DNA of 57,135 nucleotides, filler included, from Sphacelaria rigidula (taxonomy: Eukaryota), in NCBI GenBank assembly GCA_964200075.2. It is 6 parts of 6 records of this genome, joined end to end, with 100 filler letters (N's around TTAATTAATTAA, not from the genome) between each part and the next. Parts side by side here need not be neighbours in the genome. Positions count along the whole stretch, not along the records: positions 9,541 to 18,980 come from CAXNAA020008496.1; positions 19,081 to 28,519 come from CAXNAA020008497.1; 4 more parts are not named here. One strand, given 5' to 3'. Under the pieces are notes generated by a model, which was not told where the DNA came from, did no database searches, and worked only from the letters and a program-made list of their open reading frames with translations. Below, piece by piece: positions 11,380-24,001 of this stretch (positions are counted from its first letter, which is position 1; the number at the start of each line of letters is the position of its first letter). A program made the position numbers and the translations under genes.

Positions 11380-14300
11380 ATGGGCAAAAAAAAAAAGCAC
11401 AATGCCATCAAAGAGGAGAAGGAAGCATGGTGCTACTACTGCGATCGCGTGTTTGAACACGAGGAGGTGCTGATCCAGCATCAGAAGGCCAAGCATTTCA
11501 AGTGCCCAACTTGTAGCAAGAAGCTTTCCACAGCAGGAGGACTCGTGGTGCACAACTCTCAAGTACACAAGATCACAGTTACGAAGTGAGTACCTCACAG
11601 CTGGCAAATGATGTGCGAGCACAGGGCAGTAAAGTGGGGCGTTAGCTGTAGAATGAAAACAGTTGTCCGAACAACGATTACTACACGCATCATCATCTTG
11701 TATTTTTGTGTTGTCTGCACTGTGGACATCGACAACCCTGTCTGTTCTGTATCACGTACAGGACACGTACCTCAGATGAGGACACGAAAGACAAGACTTG
11801 GGAGTTCATCATTGAACGCTGTCTGTGTCCCAGGAACGCACCCCGAAATGCAATTATGCTCGAAGCCCACGGCTGCCATGTATACCACAAATATTGATTT
11901 GGTTCACTGGCAATCTTAAACCCCTTGGTGTAGGGTATTATCAGGTACTACCGCACTGCACTTCAGGATTGAATATCGCCGTTTTTCTTGTTTTCATTTG
12001 ACACTATGCAGAAGTTACTGCGACATATATTCGTCATGTTTTTGAATATGCCAAGGTCGGTGATGACAAGGATGACGGTACTGCACACCAGAGAAAGCTC
12101 CCAGGACGTGTGATATATAGGATTACAAATTCGATTACAGTATATATCATAACCGGTTTTGCTAATGAACCCGTGATCGATCACTTCGATACCACCCCCC
12201 AAGTAGATCGGCAAAAAAAAAAAAACTGCTTGCGCAATTATTATTGAAAAGTTAATTTTGGAGCTCTTGCGCGAACAGGCAATGGATTTGCCAAAAAGAG
12301 GAAGTTAAACCTGGTAACCCCATGGACTTTTGCAAAGCTGTGAGATACAACCCAACTCAACCGCCCATGGCCATGAGAGTCCCGCTACCTGTTCCATTCC
12401 TACACAATAACTAACTCGAGCCGCGACTGTTGATCAGCTGAGCGTAAGTTCTATCTGACTGTGCAGAATGTGTTTGAGATTGAAGGAGAAACGATGTTGG
12501 GTCACACGCATGGTGCTTGGTAGACTTGGAAGGGCGGCCGTGTGTCATTCAACAACCGAAAACGTGCCCTTCATTCGGTGCTGGACGAATATTCAGTCAA
12601 ACAAGGACTGCAGTAAGTGGAAGAGCAAGGGCTATATGAAGCTCAATTGCGTATGTGATGGATGTCCGTGTGTGCTCCTTTGGGGCTCGAGGTATAGGTG
12701 TTATGTTGCTTTTCCGCGTTTTTGGTACCAATGCCGCGAGGTATTGAACTAACCACCACTGTAAAAAACACCACATATTCGAACCTGTTCGCAGATCTGG
12801 CTTGGATCTGGACAAAACAGTGTTTTTGATATTACTCCAAGTCGTCGATGTGGGCACAAAGTCTGTTTGCAAACTAATTCAAGCAATAGAGTTTATCCGT
12901 CCCGGTAAAGCACGACCTTATGACCTGCTCCAACTGCGCGGGTGCTGACGAAAACGAAGACGCACCGCGGTACTCGGTGGACTTGTAGTCTACCAGTTAT
13001 ATCGTTGATAGAGAGACGTGATGTTGACCAAAGTTGCGCCAGAGTCGGGTGGGATCTTCGGTTCTAGCAGTGTTAATTTACTGTGCGGGGTAAAGAAGGA
13101 TAGATGTGGTTTCACGCCCTGGCTCCCTTCCTTTGATCGTGACTCGCGCGCTCATGCTACCCTTTCAATCGCGCCACCTCTGTTCGCTGTCAGCACCGTC
13201 CCCGCATCGCTGAGCAAATGTATTTCATGTTTCAAGTTTCGCGGCTCCAGGCTCCTTCCCATCATGATATGATTCACATGGAGCCGCGATTTTTTGTTTG
13301 TGCAGGGTACCAAATGCGAAGGAGGGACGGGACAGTGTAGACTACGAGATTTATGGTATCAACGGCATTCCAGAGGAAGCCATCGCGGAACGGGCAGCGA
13401 AAAAAGCACGCGTGACGGTACCCGGTGCCGATGCGAATCCTGCCGCGAAGAAACAGGAGGTGAATCCAGAGGTTTTGCCTCCCGGGCAACCGCCCGGGGT
13501 TCCAGGACAACCCATGCTTCCCCAATTTCACCCGCAGATGCCCGGTATGATGTATGGGCAGCCCAAGCCTGGAATGCCCTTTCATCAGGTGGGACAGCCA
13601 GGATTCCCGGGAATGATGGGCGGACCTCGGCCAGGATTTAACCCGATGCCAAATGGCATGCCGCAGATGCCGCCCCATATGTTCGGCGGGCCTCCTGGTC
13701 CTAATGGACAGTTCCAGGGCATGTACGGGATACCGGGCGGTCCCATGCCGGGGTATCCACGAGGACCAGGAGCACCACCGGGAGCGCCACCGGGTCCACC
13801 GCGAAACCTACCGCCGGGGCACGACCCACCCCCTGCCCCTCCGAGTAAAGTCGAACAGCCACCGAACGGCGCGACACCTGTAGGACCGCCTGGTGGAGCG
13901 CCTATACCACCTGTGCCTCCCTTGTTTCCGGCAGGCGCGGCACCACCAAGTAAGTGTCCAAGGGGGGCGATCAGGGTGAAGTGTGGAACGTGTTTGTGGC
14001 GTCTTGAAGACTACCACCTACGTGTTGGTCGCCACTGACGTTCCGAAAGATGGAAGACGTTGCATTTGCTCGTCTCACGCTAGACTAGTTGAAAGGAATG
14101 TAAGCTATGAGCGAGTGGTGTGGCATGATAATACTATGCTGTGACGGGATGCCAAGCATATGCTCACGATTATGTGCAATCCAATTATATTTTTGCCAGC
14201 AGTCGCGGGAGGGCCATCTATTAACAGGGATCCAACAACAGGATCGCGAGCGAGCGAACCTCCTGCCCCTTCCCGTGGTCCAGGAGGGTCAGCAAAGGAA

Positions 14301-17098
14301 CCACACGCCACCGCGGGTGATGAAGAATTCTCAATGGCAAGTCCTCCAACCGGGATACATGTTGCATCGTCCACGTTCTATTCATTCAAAGTTATCTCTG
14401 GGTCTGTTGTTTCATGTTGAGCATTTGACTGCGAGCTTCATCTCGGAGCAGTCTGGCCTGTTGACAGTCCAGCTGCATCCAATGATTCCCAACGAGGAAG
14501 ACGAGTGCGCGGATTCTCAGATCGTGGGAGAAGGCTTCCCGTATCAGACTGGGCATGATTCCAGGACTTTTTCAGGTCGGCTAGTGGGTCTGAGGGGGGA
14601 GGAGTATGAGCCATTGAATCATACAAGAAAGGCGGTGCTTTTTGTTCTCTTTCATCTTTGCCACTAGCCTACCCCCTCTTGCTGTTGTAAAACACTCAGC
14701 AAAGAGTAAAAGGGAAATGCACGGCAGACTGTTTACGTAGTGTAGAGTGATGACATACGGACTGTTTTGTACGGTTGTATCCAACCGCTGATGGAAGGAG
14801 TCTGCATATAGGGTACAGCAACAGTACGTACAATCGAGACACCGTGACATGCGGTGCGATACATCCAATTATGGTTGAGGTGCCACCACTGTTCCGAAAG
14901 CACCAAGGCCACGAAAACATACCAAGAGTGTACGTTTGGCATAAGCGCATGTATGGTGGGGCGAAACGAATACATCCACGGCTTGTGACGTACTGACACA
15001 AGGCGGTCAGGGGTCTGCCGTGCCCCTTCACATCAAATCCTCAACATCCACCTGTTCACGTCAGTAGGCGTGCTCTCGCATGAAAACTGACCATAGTTTC
15101 TCTTCGTCGATATACCAGGGGGTGGCAGTCAAAGGGTTCAGAAGTCTCTTGTACTTGGAATGCGCAAGTTCTAGTGTCTTTCTATATTTGTCATCCTACC
15201 ATCCGCACGGTCAAATTGTTGTGGCGAAGCCCCGAAAGTATCTCAACGATCAGCTCCGAAAATCCTCAATTTTTTCTCAGCCATTTTTTTCTTAGCCATA
15301 GCCCAGCGTCGACGAGTGACTTGGGCTTGCTACTGAAGCCTGGGAAACCGGCAAAGGACAGTTGTCAACATCCGGGAACTCCCTAGCGGTGCCGTGGGCA
15401 AGCAGCTGCGCGTAGGTATGATGAAGTGCTCTCCGGCAGATGTTTGGCTCATTTTTCAAGTACGCCATCATACGGGGCAATTTTCTCTGACGTACTACAG
15501 GATGTTGCGGCGCACACAGCATAACAGACCGCGGTACATCTTGTCATTGTTCTCAGCAAGATGGTACTCTTCGCCGTTTTGTCAGGTTTGCTAGGTCCAG
15601 ATATGGCAAATTAGCGAAAAGTAAGCAACCCTAGCAAGTGAGGACATGTGATGCACCAAGAGACTGGAAGATTTAGACTCGAATTCCGATTTTTGGCAAC
15701 ATTTGGCAATGAAACGTTCCCCTAGGCAGACCTCATTGCTTGCAACGGTCTGACGAATTAATGTTCAGTCTGGAAATTACCCGATTCTAGTGTAATTGAT
15801 TCGTACTGTACGAATCAATCCTTGGGCTTTGTTTTCAGCGTTGCAACTCAGGTACGCACACCCCAGGCACGTGGAATGGCGCAAAAATTGCGTGGAGACT
15901 CTTTTGACCAGCTGGCAACTTATTTCTCTCTTTCGAGAAATCAGACCTTGAAAATCGTGGATTTGGTAATTCGAACGGACAATGATTCGTCCGAACCTTG
16001 ATTGCCTGAGACAGAGGAATACTGTGAAGGAGTGCACCGCGCCCACCAGTGTGACACTGACATGGATTCCTGCAGGTGGCATTGCGCGTGTTACTCGTCC
16101 CGAGTCTTGTCTTCGAACGTCAGGTGCCCGTATTATGATGCGATTCGTGATTTCACTCAGTACGTACCGTACGGTACAGTATCGTGCAGGTAATGGTTGT
16201 GTAATTTATGTGATACATTGTATCAAAACTTGGGGGGGAAGCAGTTGCAAGTGAGCTGCGCATGTTAAGGGCCGAGACATTACGTTTTGATCTGGGCACG
16301 GCCTCAGCAGTCTTGACAAGGATCGCCCCGCGGTTGGCCAACCTCTTAGGTTGACAGCACACAGCAAACATGCGTTACTTGTGACACCCACACGCGTGTG
16401 ACCAAGGCCTGAAAAGTTGAAAGTGTAGTCAGCTGACGAGCTGCTTCACGAATTTTCGGAACCTACAGGTCGGAATGCTGCGAAACACGTAATGCACACT
16501 GACTTTGACAGCTGCTGGCGCGCGCAGTGTGTTCGGCATCCTTTGCGCATCCCGTGTACAGACGGCTTGAACGTTGCACATTGCGTTGTTCTTGGAGGGT
16601 TTATTTACCACCTTTTACACTGCGTTGTTCTTGCCCTCGTTCCCGTAAATCCTGGTGAATCCCGCGATAACACCGCTTGTGCCGAGACTCCGCCGCACAT
16701 TTTCGAAGGAGGCGGGAATCTCATTATTCATTGAAGGCAAGCAAGCATACGTATACCCCATACCGTTGTTTTGTCCTGCGAGTCTGATTATTCGCCACAC
16801 AAAGTAACTGAGGGATAGGAGGTGCCCAACGACGAACGTACCTGCCGTTTCCGTGACTATCGAAATGGTGGCAACATCATACTGCATGTTTTTCACAGTT
16901 ATGCATACAGCTAGTACCGCTACCGTTACGCGCTCATATGTATCATCCTCTGACGTCCTTGGAACAGTTATTGTCCATGCGCGTTCCTGTCACTGTGCTA
17001 AGGCTATTCCCATGTTCTCAAGATTGAATCGTGTCGTATATCTCTCTGCGGCCCAACAGGAAGAAAAACGCGCGGAGCTTGCGGCGTACAAGGTGTGA
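11380..17098 (+). CDS. ZNF207: BUB3-interacting GLEBS-motif C2H2 zinc finger protein (ZNF207/BuGZ/SUF4 family), 4 exons, about 340 aa
   Basis: Exons 11380..11585 (MGKKKK...[45 protein letters not shown]), 13306..13949 ([24 protein letters not shown], then Pro/Gly/Met-rich), 14200 or 14203..14336 (...DEEFSM) and 17060..17098 ([12 protein letters not shown]). All phases are compatible and the GLEBS-like DEEFSMEEKRA is reconstituted. Confidence 0.95.
15743..16000 (+). mobile_element. hAT-type MITE, family A, copy 3 (in ZNF207 intron 3)
   Basis: CAACGGTCTGACGAAT...ATTCGTCCGAACCTTG; TSD ATTGCTTG/ATTGCCTG (7/8). Confidence 0.85.
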
Positions 17099-17819
17099 AG
17101 TCCTTCGGTACTGCATCATCTTCCCCCGGAAAGTACTCCCACGCATTCGGAGCGTATTTTGGTGCTGATTTTGTAGTGAGAAGTTCATGTACAGTAAACC
17201 AGGTGTCGACGTCAATGAGATGGGTGGGCCGGTAGTTGGCACTTTACAGAGGGGATCGTTGAGCATCTGTTTGTAGCCTAACGCCGCATCAGCAGCGGTA
17301 CCGTGTCAACAACGCTTTCGTAAGATTGAGAGTAGAGGATACGATTGAGTGAAAAGCGGTTAATTAGTGAATTAGTCGTTTCAATTCCGGAATGCCCCTC
17401 CACAAGGCCCGATATGCTTTCTGTAGTAGCGTGCCACTGCGGCCTTTGATATCCCTGAGTAGGATACCGACGTGTAGCTGTGAGCACACCCTAGTGATGA
17501 AGACAAAATAAAAGCACACACGGAATGAAAAAATGGCTAGGTGTAAGCACACACCGTAGCCATTCTGAATCAGCGAAAACGTTGTTTGTCCCGAAAATAA
17601 ATAAATCGCGTCAAGATTTGTCAAGACTCCGAACATTGTGCATTCGTACTCAAATTCACGATGTAGGACTAGTGCCCGTGATGATCGCACCACGTGTGGT
17701 TGACACGCGGTTGGTCAGACCTGTACATTTACGATCAACAAACCATGCATGCCACCATGCCACGGCATCACACAACTGAACTTGCGTCAACAGCGACGCT
17801 CCCGACACGCTGAAACTAG

Positions 17820-18148
17820 CTAGTTGGCCAGGTCTGGCTTGAATGGCCCCGGTCTCTGACTCCCCTTGATCACTTCGTCAACCTCAGCTTGGAGACCTTG
17901 CAGTGAATCTGACAGGCCAGGATCGATTGCCTGCGTCAGCATGCAAAGGGATGGATAACTTTGTTGGTGACACAAGCAGAGGTACGACTAGCTGTGTTTT
18001 GTGCGATTTCGTCGTTTCACCAAATTGAAACGGTGAAGCGGACAAAGAATGATCTCACCTCCCCGAGTTCCTCAACCTGCGCCATCATATCAGTAATAGC
18101 GCGTAGCAGCAGGTGCGGCTGCACCTTATCCTTGTCTGGGGGTCGTTC
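17820..18148 (-). CDS. Last two exons of an unknown gene convergent with ZNF207
   Basis: Exon 18148..18059 (tttcttctcgcgcag|ERPPDKDKVQPHLLLRAITDMMAQVEELGE|gtgaga) and exon 17930..17820 (gctgacgcag|AIDPGLSDSLQGLQAEVDEVIKGSQRPGPFKPDLAN*), both phase 0. Confidence 0.7.
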
Positions 18149-18495
18149 CTGCGCGAGAAGAAATGGGAACAGAGTTGAGCACCAGTCTTCGCCAAAATTC
18201 AAGGGATGTGTTGACTCGCTGGGTCAAAGAAACGAAGGTTCCACCCGCAGCACTCCCTCTTCATAAGACCATCTCCATGGGAGGTCAAGTCTAAGTTTGG
18301 GGAAAATCGACACCGTTTTTGGCCCCTCAACAGGGAATATCGCCAGCACGTGTTTTGGACACTCGGCGTCACCTCACCGAGAGGAATCTTACCCCCATTT
18401 TTTACTCGCTTGACTCCGAGGTTTTGATAATGATCTCTGAACAAAGATCCAACTCGACATGCGAATGATCAAAGCCACTCTGAATCAGCATTCTA

Positions 18496-18597
18496 CTCTC
18501 AATCTCACGGAAGCATTGTTGTTAACCCTTTTGATTCCGTTGGTGGACAAATGATGATTTACAATTATAAGTAACAATGCTTCCATGAGATTGACGG
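18496..18597. mobile_element. Small TA-flanked MITE with about 28-bp TIRs (Tc1/mariner-type)
   Basis: TA|CTCTCAATCTCACGGAAGCATTGTT ... AACAATGCTTCCATGAGATTGACGG|TA; related fragment at about 18917-18970. Confidence 0.65.
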
Positions 18598-18980
18598 TAG
18601 CAGATCAGATTGAAAGTCAACATTTCATTCGGAAGACGTTCATATGCACCTTTCGAATTGTTGAACGACACGTTGACGGGTAGCATATTAAGAGGCTAGT
18701 TAACCATCGTTATGCTACGTTTTAGAATGATTGACACAATTTGACAAGTATCACTACCTCTACAACCTAACCCCAACCCAACGCATACCGCGAACCCTCG
18801 GACAAGGGCGGAACATACACGTCCTCGGGAGAGTGCGGCCTTGGTAGACCCCAAATCGGCGCCTGTGGCGCCGATTTCAACGTGAACGCATTCTAGTGTT
18901 GTTCCTTTTCAGTATTATGGAAGCATTGTACTGAAATTATAATTCATTATCCGCGGCGTCAATCGGAGACGGTCATACTC

Positions 18981-19080
18981 NNNNNNNNNNNNNNNNNNNN
19001 NNNNNNNNNNNNNNNNNNNNNNNNTTAATTAATTAANNNNNNNNNNNNNNNNNNNNNNNNNNNNNNNNNNNNNNNNNNNN
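18981..19080. other. Artificial contig spacer
   Basis: N-run with TTAATTAATTAA. Confidence 0.97.
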
Positions 19081-20233
19081 CCCCCCCAGAGGCTTCATTC
19101 TTTGTTTTTCCTTGTTTTTGGCACACCTGATGTGGGGGTCTGCAGTTCAGCGATAATATCATATAATGGACGGTGTATGTTTGAGTGCTCAACTACATGC
19201 TTCCTTCCTGTAATTGGCAGCGCACAGTGTTCCGGCGGGGCAACCCGGTCACAAGGCAAGCCTGTGCCTTTCAAGGGCTCACTTCCAGCGCACACTACGC
19301 TGCACAGAACAAGCGCATGGTGATCCAGATATTTGCCCTGCCAGTGCACTCTAGCCAGCAATGGACCAGCGGACACTAATACAGATGTATAGTCACCAGT
19401 TCACCAGGTGTCACGGATCTGGATAAGAGTCGCGATTAAGGTTGGGGTTTGAAGGCCGGTTTGGGTCAGACGGAATGCTGCACCTAGTAAGAACACGGAC
19501 AAGGAAAGGGTCATGCCGCGGTAGGGGTTGCACATTTGGGCCCACACCGTTCTCACAAAAACGTTCCTGACGTTAGGCGCTACACAAATATATTCCCGTG
19601 TTCGAACTCATTCGAGACATTCCAAGCCCATCGGGGTGCTAATCGCTGCCTGCTCTCACGGTCTTCACGAAAAGTGTTTTTGATGAGATGACGGGTCCCT
19701 AAGAAATCAAACATCAGAAATATAATTTGTGCGCCCCTACCATGGCGTGACTCCTAAATTGGTCTCAGCACGTGAGATGCTCAGGCTAGACATCGAAGTC
19801 CTTGTTCAACACTTGTCTAGGACATCCCAGTTTGACACGAATATCCCACATAGATGTTCTGATTGGAGCTTCCAGATAGGCATTACTCCCCTAGGCGCTT
19901 ATCTCAGGTGAATATCTCAGATGGATCTTGACATATTCCAGATGAGTTCTAAATAGACATCTATATCTCAGATGAAGCTCGCATATACTGTGGAGATGCT
20001 GGACAAGGGGCGGTGACAATCGTTAGAAGAGTAAGTATGTTTCCTATATACCACAATGTATCTCGCAGCTTCCAATCGATGGCGTCGGGCTGCGTAGGTT
20101 CTTTGGTATAGCACACCGTTAAAGCACCGTAGTGTGATCTAACACCTTATGTGTATTATGTGTATCATCACACCGTGTTTTCGTTTGTTGATAGAAATAA
20201 TTCAACCAACATGTCCATAGACAAATGATATAC

Positions 20234-23200
20234 CTGTCCGGCAATGCCTGGAGCCTATTCCTCACGAGGTTGAGCTCCGTTAGCCCCGACAGATCACAGA
20301 GGCCGTCGGGAACCACCGTCAGTAGATTGCTGTTACATGGACAAAGCATTGATCCGAGTAATGGTGAATGACCAGAAAAATGGGGAATTATAGCATGTTC
20401 TATTTTTTCTTCTTGATCTTGTAGTTTCTGTCGGTTGGGGTTTCGCAATCCCTTGGAGGGGGGGGGCGTTCATCTTGTCTAACAAGTTCGGGAAATCGCA
20501 GGGAAAACTCGCAACTAGTTGTTGCCACCGCACCCCGGTGCTCTAAATTGAACAACATACGGTGCAACAGACACCACGAGGACGGGCAAGACGCGTGTTC
20601 GATTCCTGTCGGATCCGTTATGGCTTTTTTTCTCACAAGTATCTGACTTGCCTCAGTGAAGGAGTGAGAATGTGAGTACTAAATACAGTCCGTTTGGCTG
20701 AGTTTTTCAGACGGTAGTCGATGCGGTGCGGAAGTGCTGATGAGCCATGATCCAATCCGCGACACCGAAATGAAAGGAATGTACCCGAGGAGAGACCGGT
20801 TGGTTTCTTGGGACCGCGGACTTGTCTCAGCGAAGGGGGGGAGTTAGTATCAGCAACTAGAAATGCAACTGGTGGGATTTGTGCGAATTATGAGACGACG
20901 TGCTACCGTACCTTCGAGGACATGAACTCCTGCCTATTCCAGCGTGCGACATATAACGGCGGGGGGCGCAAGAAATCGTGGCATTTCCCGACACCAGTTG
21001 TATGCCGGGGGGATACGAAGTTTCCCCCTCCCCCCCCCATAGCGGGTACCCTACGACTTGCTTGTACAAGTACCAACACAGCAGGCATGTCAACTGCAAA
21101 ATAGGGAATAACGTGCATGAAGTGATACAGGGTTTACCTCGAAAGAGACAATGAGCGAAGCGACCACAGTTGACTGCCGACTGCACCAGGCACATCCAGC
21201 AAACCTAGTCCAACAAGCTTCAGAGAGACGAGCTGCGAACCCGCGCCGGGGGTGAAATAGGTGGAATTTGACAAAACACCACAAAGGACAGGGATAGGTG
21301 ACACGGGTACTCGAGGAAAGGCGAGACGTGTTCCCGTCTTACGCGAATATGTGACAAGATGTTGACTACATACCATGTAGCACTTGGTCGCTGGCATCCC
21401 CATCGAGGTCTTCGCCGTCATGAGAGTTCGCACTTATCGACTTATATTCTGTTCAACTACTTGAAAATTTCCAAGCCGTGCGTGTGCATAGTGTAGATGA
21501 CGTCAACATTTCGCTTAAGCGTACCATATACCTACACTAGACGAACACTCCTTGGTCGCTGGCATGTCCACTGTGTTTCGTGACAGTGCTTGAGGCAGCA
21601 CTCGACGGCTCACTCACATCCTTGACCATCGATGCGGCTTCACTGAAACATTTTCCATGGCGTGCAAATATCGACGAAGGCGCCAGGGGCGGTCAATCTG
21701 AACGTACCCTCATACCGTGTCGAGCGTGAAAGTTGTACAAATGTTTCTCGGACACGCCGTCGATCGTCTGCCAAGCGAGAGCCATGTTGCCTTGTTTTTT
21801 CACCGCATGCTCTTCCGCTTCATCCCATAACGCCACTACCCGCCTTGCCTCTTTCGCCGCAGCAGCACTCGTTTCTTGTACCAGCTGCGAGGCGGAACCG
21901 ATGTTGAGATTGGGGAGGCTTGGATATACCCTTCCCGCCGTGTTCTACAAATATGATATTCCCGACTGGTGACGTATGGATGCAACAGCGAGCCCGTTTT
22001 TTTCAGTCAACAACGGCTTAGCTTATGAACGTGCGGCGCATGCCTATTCTATAGACGCTTTCGCTTCTAGTATGTCTTATTTTTCTGTTGTCTGTGGAGC
22101 AGAATTTCTGATGGGTACCAGTCTGGAAGGTTGCAGGCTACAAGCTTAGCTTACCTGCGTGTTAAATGCTGCTCGTCGTGTTGCCATGTCATTGTGTCTG
22201 ACTTCTAGCTCATAAAGTCGCCGCTTCTCGCGCCTGATGGCGGTAGGAAATATGTGCCGTACGGATGTCGCTCTTATATATATGAGTGGCCACAGGAATC
22301 TTTAAATGGCCCGAGGTGCATATTGCAACGTTCACGATGTGGAGAAGTTATCAATGTACATGTCATTTTCCTCACGGATTGGACGAACTCAGCCTAACGT
22401 CCTAACATGTTTTCAAGGGTCGGACAAATAAATATTCATCTGGAAATTACTTGGTTTTTGTATGATGAGTCGACTCGTGACGAATCAATCCCGACGCTTT
22501 ATTCCAGCGTTGCAAGAAACCCAGGTACGCGCAGCCCAGACACGTGTAATGGCGCAACAGTTGCGTGGGTACTCCTTGGATCAGCGATCAACGTTTTTCT
22601 CCCTTTTGGGCGATCAGGCCGAAGAAATCGTGAATTTGGTGATTTTGAGTCGTGATGATTTGTCCTTACCGTACATGTCTGATGCACGTTTAGCGCCGCG
22701 CTCCGGTGGTATAATGGTACAAGCGACATCATTGGAGTGGGAAATATGCGGGTTGGTTTCCCGCCAGATCCGTCTAGGGTCGCTGAAAATGTGAGGACGT
22801 GAGCAGCAAAAGGAGTCTGTTTGGCTCAATTTATGAGACCACAGTCGACGCGGTGCGGAGGGGCTGATCCAATTCGCGATACCAAGGTGTAGGCCATGTA
22901 CTGGAGAAGAGATGAGTTCATCTCTTATGACCATGGACTCGCCCCGACGTAAAAGAAGGATTCACGGTTAGGACAAATCATCACGACTCAAAATCACCAA
23001 ATTCACGATTTCTTCNNNNNNNNNNGGAAAAGAAGGTTGATTGCTGGTCCAAGGGGTATCCACGAACGTTTGCGCCATTCCACGTGTCTGGGCTGCGTGT
23101 GCTTGGGTTGCAACGCTGAAATAAAGGCTAGGGATTGATTCGTCACGAGTCGACCCATCATACTAAAGACAAGTAATACCCAGACGAATCATTACTTGTC

Positions 23201-24001
23201 CAACCGTTGGAAGGATCAGTAGTGAGATGAAAAATGTAGCAAAACAGCTGCACATGATGAAATCCTGCCACAATGATGATATTGTAATTTGCGCCTCAGG
23301 GCACCCGGTGGCCACCTGTATACAGTACCTCTTTTGCGATGGGCACCCAACGCACAACGCACAACGCACAACGCACACCATGCTGCTCGCTGTTTCAACG
23401 TCACTGAGGAACTCGCAACAGTTGACTGGTCTACCCAGCGTGTCCCTGCATCCCTGCAAGAAGTTTACGCATTCGACGTCGTCAAACGGCCCCATTCATA
23501 GCTGAGTAGAGTGCAAGCACCTTACCATGTTTTAAGCTCGTCACCGAACAAACCTTGCCATACCGTTCCGTTCTGCAGCCTGCCGAAAAATGGCACGACC
23601 GGACTGGCTTTTTCGAATAAAACGATGCGAGTCTACATTAGTCTCACTGTGGCTGTTTGCCATCCTTAAATCATGCCGCGGGTTTACTTTTTTCCCCAAG
23701 CGCTGCTGCGCACGCCTTCAAAATACCATAGCATTGAATCGAAAATTTGGACAACCCATGTTGTAAACTGCACTTGAATCAGGTTATCTACCGAGATTGC
23801 GGCCAAGAACCAGCTTTTACGCAGTTTCAATACCGTTGTAACAAAGACTCACGCTTCATCAGCTGCCAGTTGATCTGGAGTTGGAGTCTTTGGGCTGAGC
23901 GGCAACACTCCCTTGATAGGACGATCCCAATGCCGCTCTCCGGTAAGCGTGTTTTCGTAGTACATGTAGCCCGTGCTGGGGTCCAGAGATGGGCTGTACA
24001 G
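20234..24001 (-). CDS. WW-domain + leucine-rich-repeat protein (partial, at least 6 exons)
   Basis: Exons 24001 (or 24036/24190)..23853 (LYSPSLDPSTGYMYYENTLTGERHWDRP, WW-like), 23579..23526, 22233..22155, 21884..21708, 21232..21138 and 20329..20234, all GT-AG and phase-compatible. The joined LRR reads LWSLRSLSLSSNLLTVVPDGLCDLSGLTELNLVRNRLQALPD. 5' and 3' ends not found. Confidence 0.85.
20531..20862 (+). mobile_element. tRNA-derived SINE, family S2, copy 1
   Basis: B-box-like GTTCGATTCC at about 20596; body (gtccgtttggctga...gtcgatgcggtgcgga...gatccaatccgcgacacc) shared with 22697-22960. Confidence 0.6.
22414..22673 (+). mobile_element. hAT-type MITE, family A, copy 4
   Basis: CAAGGGTCGGACAAAT...ATTTGTCCTTACCGTA; degenerate TSD CATGTTTT/CATGTCTG. 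Confidence 0.8.
22697..22960 (+). mobile_element. tRNA-derived SINE, family S2, copy 2
   Basis: A-box-like TGGTATAATGG, degenerate B-box GGTTGGTTTCC; body homologous to 20531-20862. Confidence 0.6.
22963..23209 (-). mobile_element. hAT-type MITE, family A, copy 5 (inverted)
   Basis: Reverse complement of family A; TSD GAAGGATT/GAAGGATC (7/8). Confidence 0.85.

Noticed and set aside
17820-20329. Treating exons 17820-18148 as the 3' end of the WW-LRR gene
   Set aside because: Crosses the 18981-19080 spacer; there is no evidence of linkage.
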